NCBI RefSeq assembly: GCF_018350175.1
Contig: NC_058368.1
Coordinates: forward strand, 207,268,001 to 207,332,000
Direction: 5' to 3'
DNA length: 64,000 nt
Source of the DNA: Felis catus
Taxonomy: Eukaryota
How positions within the stretch are numbered: the first letter of the stretch is position 1; the number at the start of each line of letters is the position of its first letter. Below are positions 12,385 through 23,815 of the stretch, piece after piece. The position numbers were made by a program, and so were the translations under genes. The notes beneath the pieces are model-generated. The model was not told where the DNA came from, searched no databases, and worked only from the letters and a program-made list of their open reading frames with translations.

Positions 12385-12920
12385 TTCTTTGAGGCATAAT
12401 ATACATACAGTAAAATTCATCAATTTTGATGGTACAATTTAATGACAACTGTTTAAGGTTCACTCAGCTTCTTAAATCTGTATTTATATTTTCATTATAG
12501 TGGAGAAGTTTTCAGTCATTATTTTTCAAGTTTTTTTCAGCATGATACTCTTTTATCCTTCTGTTCTGTGACTCCAATAATATGAACATTAGAACTTTGT
12601 GTGGTGAGATTGTTCCCTGAGTCTCTTTTTTCACTTTTTTAAAACTTTTTTCTCTCTGTTGTTGAGGTTGAATAATTTCTATTTCTCCATATTCAAGTTT
12701 ACTGGATCTTCTGTCATCTCTTTTCTACTGTTGAGGCTACTCGGTGAGTTTCCCTTTTTAATTTTGGATACTGTATCATACTTCTAAATTTTCCCTTTAG
12801 CTCTTCTTCATGTTTTCTATTTATTTCTTGATAGTTTTTATTTTAATATTTGTTTCAAGAATGTTCACAATTGCTCATTTAAGCATTTTCTATAATAGAT
12901 ACTTTAAAGTCTTTGTCAGA
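12385..12920 (-). mobile_element. Old L1M fragment(s), antisense; target of the younger L1
   Basis: T-rich antisense L1M text: 'gaggcataatatacatacagtaaaattcatc', 'ggttcactcagcttcttaaatctgta', 'tcaagtttactggatcttctgtcatctc'. Confidence 0.6.
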
Positions 12921-14169
12921 CAGCAGCATGCAGAAAAATGAACCTGGACCACTTTCTTACATCATACACAAAAATAAACTCAAAATGGATGAAAGACCTC
13001 AATGTAAGACAGGAAGCCATCAATATCCTCAAGGAGAAAGCAGGCAAAACCCTTTTTGATCTTGGCTGCAGCAAATTCTTAATCAACACATCTCCAGAGG
13101 CAAGGGAAACAAAAACAAAAATGAACTACCGGGACCTCATCAAAATAAAAGCTTCTGCACAGCGAAGGAAACCATCAGCAAAACTAAAAGGCAACTGACG
13201 GAATGGGAGAAGATATTTGCAAATGACATGTCAGAAAAGGGTTAGTATCCAAAATCTATAAAGAACTTATCAAACTCAACACCCAAAAAACAAATAATCC
13301 AGTGAAGAAATGGGCAAAAGACATGAATAGACACTTCTCCAAAGAAGACATCCAGATGGCCCAGATGGCCAACCGACACATGAAAAAATGCTCAACATCA
13401 CTCATCATCAGGGAAATACAAATCAAAACCACAGTGAGATACCACCTCATACCGGTCAGAATGGTTAACATTAACAACTCAGGCAACAACAGATGTTGGC
13501 AAGGTTGCGGAGAAAGAAGATCTCTTTTGCATTGTGGGTGGGAATGCAAGCTGGTGCAGCCACTCTGGAAAACAGTAGGGAGGTTCCTCAAAAAATTAAA
13601 AATAGAACTATCCTATGAGCCAGCAATTGTACTACTAGGTATCTATCCAAGGGATACAGGTGTGCTGTTTTGAAGGGACACATGCACCCCAATGTTTATA
13701 GTAGCACTATCAACCATAACTAAAGTATGGAAGAGCCCAAATTTCCATTGATGGATGAATGGATAAAGAAGATGTGGTATATATATATATATATACAATG
13801 GAGTATTACTCAGCAATCAAAAAGAATGGAATCTTGCCATTTGCAACTACGTGGATAGAACTGGAGGGTATTATGCTAAGTGAAATCAGTCAGAGAAAGA
13901 CAAATATCATATGACTTCACTCATATGAGGACTTTAAGACACAGAACAGATGAACACAAGGGAAGGGAAGCAAAAATAAGATAAAAAACAGGGAGGGGGA
14001 AAAAACATAAAAGACTGTTAAATAAGGAGAACAGAGGATTACTGGAGGGGTTGTGGGAGAGGAGATGGGCTAAATGGATAAGGGGCATTAAGGAATCTAC
14101 TCCTGAAATCATTGTTGCACTATATACTAACTAACTTGGATGTAAATTTAAAAAAAAAAAAAAAAAAGA
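12921..14169 (+). mobile_element. 5'-truncated felid-type LINE-1 (ORF2 C-terminus, 3'UTR, poly-A); non-functional
   Basis: ORF2 C-terminal peptides ([47 protein letters not shown]) broken by frameshifts. Poly-A at about 14150-14167. Perfect TSD aaagtctttgtcaga at 12906-12920 and 14170-14184. Confidence 0.97.
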
Positions 14170-14516
14170 AAAGTCTTTGTCAGATAATTCTAAGCAGGGG
14201 AAAGAAAGAAGCTTTAACTCAGAATGGAATTCAGAAGTTTGACTTTTACATGGCATTGGTATTTTCCTTACTGCATGAAACTATTCTGGTAAAACAAAAC
14301 AAAACAAAACAAAACAAAACAAAACAGTGACTAGAGAATATTATTATCTGAGAATGACGAGCATGAAACCCGTCCTAGATTTTATTTAGAGGTAGGAGGT
14401 TTTCTTAGGCGCTTAGATTTCTGATAATTTTGCATATCAACTAACTATACGTGATTCATTAGTTACCTCTCTCTGTGGCGTATGTTATCCTTCCTCAACT
14501 TAAAATCAATACTCTG

Positions 14517-14730
14517 GGGGCACCTAGGTGGCTCAGTTGGTTGGGCGTCCAACTTCGGCTCAGGTCATGATCTCACAATTCGTGGGTTCAAGCCCTGCAT
14601 CAGGCTTGATGCTGACAGCTTAGAGCCTGGGGCCTGCTAAAGATTCTGTGTCTCCCTCTCTCTCTGCCCCTCCTCTGCTCACGCTCTGTCTCTCTCTTTC
14701 TCAAAAATAAATAAACATTAAAACAAAATT
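14517..14730 (+). mobile_element. CanSINE (SINEC_Fc-type)
   Basis: Full SINE. Perfect TSD taaaatcaatactctg at 14501-14516 and 14731-14746. Confidence 0.97.
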
Positions 14731-16948
14731 TAAAATCAATACTCTGATTCAATTTTTTTTGAAATTTTTATAGAAATATTTCCAATGAGGATATAGGGAC
14801 AGTTCACTTGTTAGGTTCTTTTATGTCCAAAAATGCCACACACCTCACCCCCACCTCAATTCATAAACAGTGTCTTGAGAACAAACATCTATGGTCACAG
14901 AACTTTTCACTCCCAAGTCCATAATGTTGCTTCATCATTTTACTGAGTTACAAATAAGAAGACCAACAGTGTTATCAGTCTTCACTTCGTAACCTATTTC
15001 TCTGTCTGGAAGCTTAATAAGGAGTGGTCCTAATCCCACAGGTTTATTAATTGCCCTAAAACGTGGCCAGGATGGTTTCCTTTTTTAATAAATTCTTCCA
15101 GCACTCAGATGGTCTTTATCATCTAAAAACTGAAGTCTCCATCCAACCCATCGGGATTTCTTCCATTAATTCTTTGGGTTTTGTTATTCTTCTTTTTCTT
15201 TCTCTCTTTTGGAAAGTTTTATTATTTTGAATAATTTATTTCTCAGTTTATCCTACATGTCTCTTTTTGTTTCTATTTTCCATTTCTTTTCTTTTTCTAT
15301 ATTCGGATATGCTTCTTTAAGCTAGCGTTGCCAATTCCATAACCAGCAGTGTCTATGCTGGTTTTTGCAAACTTTTTTTTTTTCAAACTATGCATATTGT
15401 TTGTTTAATTTTTTTAAAGTTGTCCCCATTTATGCCCCTGAATCCAGAATCCAGCTTAATGGAGCTCACCTATTCTAATTTTTTAGAGGGATGGCTCTCT
15501 TTCAGTCTACCAGCACTTATTAAAAGTACAGTATTCCACCAGCACTGACAAAAGATGAAATAAACTATGTAAACGCTTAGAATCAGAAGAAAATGAGTGT
15601 TGTACTGAAGTGTAGTCAAAGGAAGAAACAATTGAAGAAGAAAAAGAAAAGATAGAATGACGGGGAAACCGGGTTACTGAAAGAAAAGAAAGAAAAATGG
15701 AGACAGAATTTTGTGGTTGAAAAGCTGGACAGCAATCTAAGGAGCCCTGGAAAGAGCTCCACGTGGGCTGCTCTGTGTCCCTTACAAGGGGTGAAGGGCA
15801 TAAAGCACAGGCCGAGTTTAGTGAGGAGCTGAAGAGGCAAAGATTGTGGAGAAAAGGATGCTCTCAGAACTCTTAGAGGAAGATTGATGGGCCAAGGAGA
15901 AGCGAGAAGCTCAAGAAGCAAGGAGACAGAAATTACTGGAAAAGAACATAGCCCTGGGGTCACTGAGGTGACAGGCTTGGGCAGCTGGCTGACCTTCTCC
16001 AGCACCTGGGTTTTGCCCCAGACTCCCGCAGATCTTCTCAGAGCTGAAAAACCCAAAGACCTAGGGTTTATCTTTATCTTTTCATTCTCTCTTATCTGCA
16101 CTCTCTTTATTTTGGTGGTCAGTTTAAATTTGAAATGTGGTAAATATCTTCTGCTCCCAGAATTCACATTAGACCACCTGTGTGGACAATTCCAAGTCAT
16201 ACCACTAGATGGGGAACGTGACATATCTTTCCTGCCTGAGAAAAGTAAGGAAGGATTCTATCAGGTGACTCTGAGATTTTCTTATCTGAATTTTGATTGT
16301 CTTCCAAGTTTGGGAAGGATCTACCTCTTTTGAAAGAGGTGGGCAAAAATAATCTCACTTAAACCTTAAGAAAGTGTTTCTATAAGTGAGGGAAAGAATG
16401 AGTAATTTCCCAGCCCTACACCTCACAGCATTAGCAACGTGAAATGTTTGTTTCAGAAAGTGCAAAGAACAGATGTGTGTCGGGACGCGGGGGCGGTGCA
16501 TGATAGGTGGGGGGGGGGGGGGGGGGGGGAGGAGGAAGTGTGCTTAAAAAAAAAGAGAGAGAGTTCTTCTGCCAAGAGTTTCTGGTCTGGGGTTTTGATT
16601 AAAAATTCCACTCAGATACTAGTTGTTAAGTGCCATTTAAAAAAATGTCACCCCCAAATCTGCCTCCAGGATGGGCTGGAAAACTTACTTGTGATGCTTC
16701 ATTGACCTTGGCTGTTCATCTTGTTCCACTGAAATGAACAGTTTATTTTTTTCTAAAAGTAAATGCCTGAAACTGTATTATAGATGCTAATAGATAAGAT
16801 GAAACTGCTTTCTGTGACCACTATTGAAGGGTTGAAGGTCAAAGTTCACATTCACTCATTTATTAAAGTATAATCTGTTGCCTCACTCAGTTCAGCATGA
16901 TGGTAGTTCATCTTTAATATTGCCCTTTCAGGGAGGTAGAAGAATGAA

Positions 16949-17070
16949 TCTAATATTATGAATTTCATATTCACAGGTGAGCCATACCTGACTGACAGAG
17001 TTGTCATAATGCCTCAATGACATGACATATAACGTGCCTAACACAGCCTGACCCAAAGCAGGAACTTGCT

Positions 17071-17071
<1 letters not shown>
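16949..17071 (+). repeat. Local duplication, copy A (partly MIR-derived)
   Basis: About 94% identical to 19622-19743 by manual alignment. Followed by aattt and A24. Confidence 0.95.
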
Positions 17072-17101
<30 letters not shown>

Positions 17102-18089
17102 TGCCTTCCTTCAACACGGAAGAGAAACACAGAGAACTTAAACGTATCTTTCATTTTGGGGGAAAAAGATATAATGACTTAGGTCAACAAAAGTTTGCTT
17201 TGGGTTGTGCAACCAAAAAATTAACATTCTATTTTGTTAAAGAAGCAACTTATGAGATGTTATGAGATGCACATTGACCTATAGTCAGGAATGATTCCCC
17301 CCACCCCCCACCCCCCCCACCCCCGCCCCGGTGTACATCTGATTAACCTGGCTTCACCAGCACAAAGGTTGGCCATAGACCTTTCCACAGTGGTCCGCAC
17401 CCTGGACTTAACGCGGAACATGGAATCACATTCACTGGTGATGACACTAGTTAGGAAGCCAAAACAGTATGGCTACTTCAAGTGAGCATTTTCATCCGTC
17501 AGGGCTAGGAAGAGCCACTGATGCTCCCAGAACTCCCAATGTGTGCTTGTCCAATGATGGACCTTAGGAAGCAGAGGTAGCTATCTGAGATCTTTAGATC
17601 ATAGTAAGGAGGCTAGCACCTGCCAGAACTGTATTTCACTCATTTATCCCAAAGAAGATACTTCAAACAGGGTCAGAAGGAACTACTTAACTGAGAGTTA
17701 AAAAGGCAAAAAAATTTAAGGTTCAGCCAACAAAATATGATATGGAACTTGGGAGAAGCTGAATTTGTGACTGTCTATGTCCCCAAGTCATCAGTACCAT
17801 ACACTGACAACTTGATTGGAACCTCTGGAGGAGTCTGGGAACAGTAAGACAAAGGTCTTGAGCGATCAGCCGGGATGGTGTTCTTTCCCCGAGGCAGTTT
17901 TGTGGACAGTTGATGTGTAAGCAAGAGTGGAATAAAGACCCAGAGGCCAAGCAGGGTCCTGAGAATGGCCTGATTATGCTCCAGGCATAACTTTGGCCAA
18001 TCCCTGATCATAAACATCCTTCTTCCTTAAGTCACTAGATGAAATAATACACTATGTGTTGAGAACATACCTAGAACAGTCACTCGACA

Positions 18090-18260
18090 CAGATTATCTC
18101 AACCTTCACAGTGATCCTATGGAGTCTTAATATTACTATCTCCATTTTACAGATGAGAGAACTGAGTCCACGGAAGATAAATTTTCTCACAAGTAATAAG
18201 AGGTAAAACTAAGATTCAAACCGAAGTACTTTGACCCAAAGCCTCTGGTTGTATCCACTA
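18090..18260 (-). mobile_element. MIR SINE
   Basis: 'ctccattttacagatgagagaactgag...gattcaaacc...ctttgacccaaagcc'. Confidence 0.8.
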
Positions 18261-19200
18261 AAATTGACTATTTCTCAAAGTAGAATCCCCCGTTTGTATC
18301 AATAGGTACCTGATGGAAGTGTTATCCTTACTATCTCAGACAGAAAAATAATTTACATGTTATGGAAGTAAAGATGTGAGTAGCATAGGGAGCAAGGTGA
18401 TTAACTCTGGGGTAGGCACCATATCAAGGCAAAAGATTAAGAAAATGAATTAGACGTTTGTCAGGCAAATAGGATTGGGAAGGGGAGGGAGTCCAGGCAG
18501 AAGAACGTGACATGTTTGTGTAACTGGAAGCAGATTGATTTAGCTGGAGTGTGAGTCACAGGTGACTAAATGAAGCTGGCCAGGTAGACAAGAATCAGAT
18601 CCGATCAAGGAGGGCTTTGGGCTAGATAAGAATCAGCTCTGATGAAGAATGCATTCTCCAAGCTTTAGAGGTTTGGATGGTTTATCCTATGGATGATGTT
18701 GAGTCACTAAAAGATTCTAGGTATTCAATTCAATCTAGAAAAGATTCTAGGATGTTGGTAACATAATTAGGTTGTCATAGCAAAGGTAACAAACTGGAAA
18801 TAGTTTCTACTATATTATTTTCCACAGCAGATTCACTGCACTTAATTTTGTCATTAAACAGTTATGGCCATCTCAGAGGAATCCACACAGCCAGGGAGCA
18901 TTGAATGGAATGAAGAACTTATGGCTAAAAACCTCACACACCCCCTCCTCACACACCCTCTCCAAGGCAGTGAACATAGACATGGATGCTTTGTTCCGAT
19001 CCCCCCAGTGCCACGTAGCTTCCTCCATCTGATCTCCAGGAATTTAGAATACTTCACTTGTCCCTTTTTTTCAGACTGCTTGCCCGTGGTGCAAACTGTA
19101 TTTCTCAGTATTTATGTATGCAATTCAAGGTTTCATTTGAGAGTTGACTTTCCTGACGCAAGTGAGTTGATAATCTTGGAAACCCTTGCACTGATTCTAA

Positions 19201-19411
19201 TAAAATTTTTTCATGTTTATTTATTTATTTTGAGAGAGAGGGAGAGAACACATAAACAAAGAAGGGGCAGAGAGGGAGGGGGAGAGAGAGAATCCCAAGC
19301 AGGCTCCACACTGTCAGTGCAGAGCCCGATGCAGGGCTCGATCCGCGAGACCATGACCTGTGCTGAAATCAGGAGTCAGATGCTTAACTGACTGAGCCAG
19401 GCAGGTGCCCC
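19201..19411 (-). mobile_element. CanSINE
   Basis: Reverse SINE. TSD tgcactgattctaa (19187-19200) / tgcactggttctaa (19412-19425). Confidence 0.96.
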
Positions 19412-19621
19412 TGCACTGGTTCTAAATAGGGAGCTGAAGTCTCTCTACTACTAAGGGATCAATCTTGTTTGTTTCACACTAACAAATATAGATGTACATA
19501 TGTACATATATATGTGCACAGAGAGATGTATACATATCTATATATACATACGTAGACATATATCCATATAGATTCATTTTATTTTTAAATTTGATTCTTA
19601 CAAGTTAAAGGAAAATATTCT

Positions 19622-19743
19622 TCTAATATTATAAATTTCGTATTCACAGGTGAGCCATACCTGACTGACAGAGTTGTCATAAGGCTTAATGACATGACAT
19701 GTAATGTGCCTAACACAGCCTGACCCAAAGCAGGAACTTGCTC
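19622..19743 (+). repeat. Local duplication, copy B
   Basis: Direct-orientation copy of 16949-17071. Confidence 0.95.
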
Positions 19744-20439
19744 CTAGTCCCACCTTCCTCACTTCTAGCAGATGAGAAGTGGATGTAAGGAATTCCATAC
19801 TGTACTTCTCCGGATAGAGTCAGACAAAGGATAGAAATCTACCTCAAACTATATTAAATAAAAAAGATTTTTTTTTCTTTTGTAATAAGTAGTTTCAGAA
19901 AAGAGTAGATCCGGGGCCTCAATTGGATCCGGTCTGTTAGAGCTCCCTTCTCCTTCTCCTTCCGCACCACCCCCCCCTTCCTCTCTGCTTTCTTTCTTCT
20001 TTCCTGTTCCTTGCTTGATGTTGGCTAGATTCTCAGGAGACTTTTCTCCAGAAGTGACAAGAACAGTTGCCAGCATCGCTAGACTTAAACTTTACCAGCT
20101 GAGCAGTCTCAAAAAGGAAGAACACTTCTTTCCAGTACCTTCACCAAGAATGCCCCAAAGGGCTAGCGTGACCAAAAAGCCATGCAAGTCCTGAGAATCA
20201 TTAGAAAATTATCAGCACAAAATCTTTGTGTCAAACAGGTGCATTGTACTTAGGATACTGCATGGAATTCCGGTTAATTCAAATAAGGAAAAAGAAAAAA
20301 AGCTGGCAAATATTCAATCAAAGGCAACCACTTTGACAAAGGTGTGAAGAAGATTCCATATTGGGTCATAAAGCAAAGGTTAGATTCTGGCCTAGAAAAA
20401 TGAAGGCTTTAAGCTTACACATAATAAATTCGAATACAT

Positions 20440-20700
20440 TAGGAGCCTAACATAGACCAATGACTAGTGTTCTTACAGTGAGAGACACACACATAGAGAA
20501 GAAATTCATGTGAAAATGAAGGCAGAGATTGGAGGGAGGCAGCTATAAGCCAAGGAGCTCCAGGAACTGTTGGCAACTCCCAGCAGCTAGGGGAGAGGGT
20601 GGGACAGACCTCCTTCCAAGCCTCCACAACCGTGAGAGGAGAAAGTTCCGTTGTTGAAGCAGTCCGGTTTGTGTTACTGCAACCCTGGGAAACCAATAGA
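20440..20700 (+). mobile_element. MaLR LTR 3' part (MLT1C/D-like)
   Basis: 'catgtgaaaatgaaggcagagattggag...taagccaagga...gtgttactgcaaccctgggaaaccaata'. Confidence 0.8.
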
Positions 20701-21835
20701 GATGGCAATCGGTGCAATGGAATGAAAATTAAAGTTCTAAGTGAGAGACTTTGGTTCAGTCTACCCTTTTACAACCTACACCAAAAGCCAGTTTATCCTG
20801 CTGAGAGTTTTATTTGTCTTACCTGTAAAATGGAAACACAGTATTTCTGCTGCCAACTCAGAGGATTACATGAAAATGGAATCAAAATTTTTAAAACTAT
20901 ACTGAGTATTTCAAAATGTGTCCAGTGGAACCTGAGGGTCTATAAAGATGAGTTCTATGGTGAAGCAAGTTGAGAAAATCCTGTATATATGGCTTTTCTC
21001 GAGAAGACTCACAGCACAGGCAATTATGTAAAAGGCAAAGAAGGAAGACTTGTAACTTAGAGTCTGTTTAGTCTTATTTAACTCAGTCTGCCCCAAATTT
21101 ACTTGGCCATGAAATATTGCTTTTGATGAACTCCAATTAATATCTTGCTGATGCTTGTCTTCCTTTGGAACACAGTTTGGGAAACACTGCACTAGGTGAC
21201 CGTACGACACTCCATCTTTTGGGGGTAGGCACTTCGGAATTGTTGACCTAGGATGAAATGGACAGCGCTTGGGAACTCTGCAGAAATCATCCATTTGCGC
21301 TTGGGGGAACGTTGCTGCTTTTGCTTATCACCCACGTGGCTAATTTGATTTGATTTGGGAGAGCTGTGTAAACGGAGTGACCGGTCTCATAAAATGCATA
21401 CCGCACCCCGGAGCCCAGGAGCAACAGAAGTTCCTCTGCTTCCAGAAAGATGGCAGGAAGGAAACAAACCTTTGCTAAGACTCCTCCGCTTTCTGGACCC
21501 CCATGACAGGCAGCAAAAAATGTTCTGCAGCAGATTCACAAGTGTTATTTCACTTCACATAGTCCTTGTGATCTTAACGTTTGCATCTTGTAACCTTCAT
21601 GTGAAAAAGATACTTAGGTATGAATGTATATTTCCTTTAAAGGAAAAAAAAAGAACTTAAAATTACATTATTTTTTAGCACTTTTATGGGCAATAGGACA
21701 TAAAATAAAGCATATACTGAACAGTCTAGTCCAGAATTCCACGTCTATTTTTATATTAAAAAAGACCCTTCCAGGACTTTCATCTCGTCTGACCATCAAC
21801 AGTTAACTGTCCTAACAACTCCTGAGCCACAAGTG

Positions 21836-23045
21836 AATTCATTCATTGTCCTGGCTGTGAGAATAAAGCAGTGAATGTGACATCGTCGCTGGCCTCCTGG
21901 AGCTTGTATTTAGAGGAAGGAGGGCAAGCACAAAGAAAGGAACAAACATAAATATATGTAAGGTGATGGTAACACCGTGGAGAGAAATTAGGCTGAGAGG
22001 CAGAATTGCGAGGTAAGCATGTAGTTTCATATGCTGGGTCAGGGAGGGCCTCGCTGGGCAAGGGGCTCTGAGCAGAACCTGGTAGAAATGTAGAACTAGG
22101 CGGGACACCTGAGGAGGGAGAAGAGAGAGCCAGGTTGAGGAGGCACCGAACGCAAGCTTCCGCCCTGCTCTGGGAGAATACTTAGCACATTCGTTGAACC
22201 GCAAGAAAGCCCAGTGTGGCTGGAGCAGAGTAATTAAGGGGCAAAGAAGTAAGAGATGAGGTCAGAGTGTGGAGAGTGGGAGCAGGGACATGGGTCACGT
22301 AGGGATTCATAGGACATGGTAAGACTGCTTTTACACGGAGTGAGTGGAGAAGTAATTTAGAATTTTAAGGATGTGATTTATATTTACAAAAGTCCTCTAT
22401 GTGGAGGATGTAACTATGGTGTGGGGAAGGAAGAAGCTTGAAGCTGAAGAAGTTAAAGTAGGAAGACCAGTCAGAGGCTGTTGATCCAAATTACACAAAC
22501 TGAGGGATGACAGTGCCTCAGACCAGGGCTATAGCCGTAGGGATGGTGGGGAGTGTGGATGTGTTTTAAAGACAAAGCTGACAGGATTGTCTGACAGCAT
22601 GTGAGATAGAAAGAAACAGAGAAGTCAAGGATAAATGTGCAGTTTAGACCTAAGCATCCAAAGGGATGAAGGTCCATTAGATGAGATGGAGTGACTGGGC
22701 AGGAACAAGATTTTTTCTGCTCTCTCTCTTTCTCTGTGTCCTTGTCTCTGTCTGTCTCCCTCTGTTTTGGTGAGAGATAATGGGCGGATGGAGAAGGGAG
22801 AATCAAGACGGTGGTTAGGGATAAATTCAGTCTAAGATTCCTTTTAACATCCAAACAGAGATGGTACGTTGGCAGTTAGATATAGTAATGTGGCGTTCAG
22901 GTCGGACTCTGGGCCCGGTGATGTCATCTGCTTATTAATGACACTTAAATTCATGAAACTAGACAAGACCGCTCAGGCATTGAGTGCAGACAAGGAAAAA
23001 TAAAGGGCAGAAGACTGAGTCTTGGGGTTTATCAGTGTTTAAAGG
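21836..23045 (-). mobile_element. L2 LINE 3' region
   Basis: Starts at 'attcattcatt'. Includes 'gaaagcccagtgtggctggagcagag', 'gagatgaggtcagag' and 'catccaaacagagatgg...ggcagttagatata'. Confidence 0.8.
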
Positions 23046-23422
23046 ATCATTTTTATACAGCCAAAGGATAGTGCCTTGGTTCAGGCGGCATGGCTGGAGA
23101 GTGAGCAAATCAGCGTCCTTTACCACAGCCTATGGAGTTCTTCATCATTTCGCAGGTTTATATTCTTCTCATGAGAGAGGCAGGTCAGCAAGGTATCTGA
23201 CAATGTTGCTGGTGCCTTCTGATGATGGGGTACCTATGAAAGGACTCTAACAAACCTGGTGAATTAGCAAGAACCAGCCTTCTAATCACATTGGTTCCAC
23301 TAGGCATATAAAGCCAGACACTCTTGATTTCTTGGGGTACAAATAAAAAAGTTATAGTTTCAAGATCATAAACACTGTGTATCACATTCTGTCTAATATA
23401 TGCAGTCATTTATTGAGAGCTA

Positions 23423-23815
23423 CTGTATCAGGCATTGGCTTATCATTTCTATGCTGGATACTTCCCAGGCCTCTCCATACCCACTTTCCACCATGCCCCC
23501 CACCTCCACTGTACCCCAGAGATACTGATCAGTATGGGCCATATCAAGTGGCTCCTTTGTCTTCAGTTCCACACAACTGTCCTTCTGCATTCCAGTCCTT
23601 ACCCTCTCCATCACCTCTTCTGGTCGTAGACCTGTGGGTTGGGGGAGGGATGCAGTCCTCCGCATGACTAGTCCTATTCATGGCTAGCCAAAGAATAGAA
23701 TACTAGCCATTATGCCACTTTCCCTATGGCCTACCCACAACTTTATAAATTGTCCCTTCCTTAATTGTCCCATTTGAGTGTCTCATCTCTTTCCTTTGAG
23801 AACCCTGAGTAATAC
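23423..23815 (+). mobile_element. ERVL-class solo LTR (LTR33-like)
   Basis: TG...CA termini (tgtatcagg...gaaccctgagtaataca). The 3' end 'ctttataaattgtcccttc...atttgagtgtctcatctctttcc' resembles recalled LTR33. Confidence 0.55.

Noticed and set aside
12938..13673. ORFs with real protein similarity
   Set aside because: They are frameshifted C-terminal fragments of L1 ORF2 in a 5'-truncated copy, not a host gene.
15616..16333. Longest ORFs (202 aa minus, 149 aa plus)
   Set aside because: Low-complexity composition over L2-like purine-rich sequence, with no recognisable domain or exon structure.
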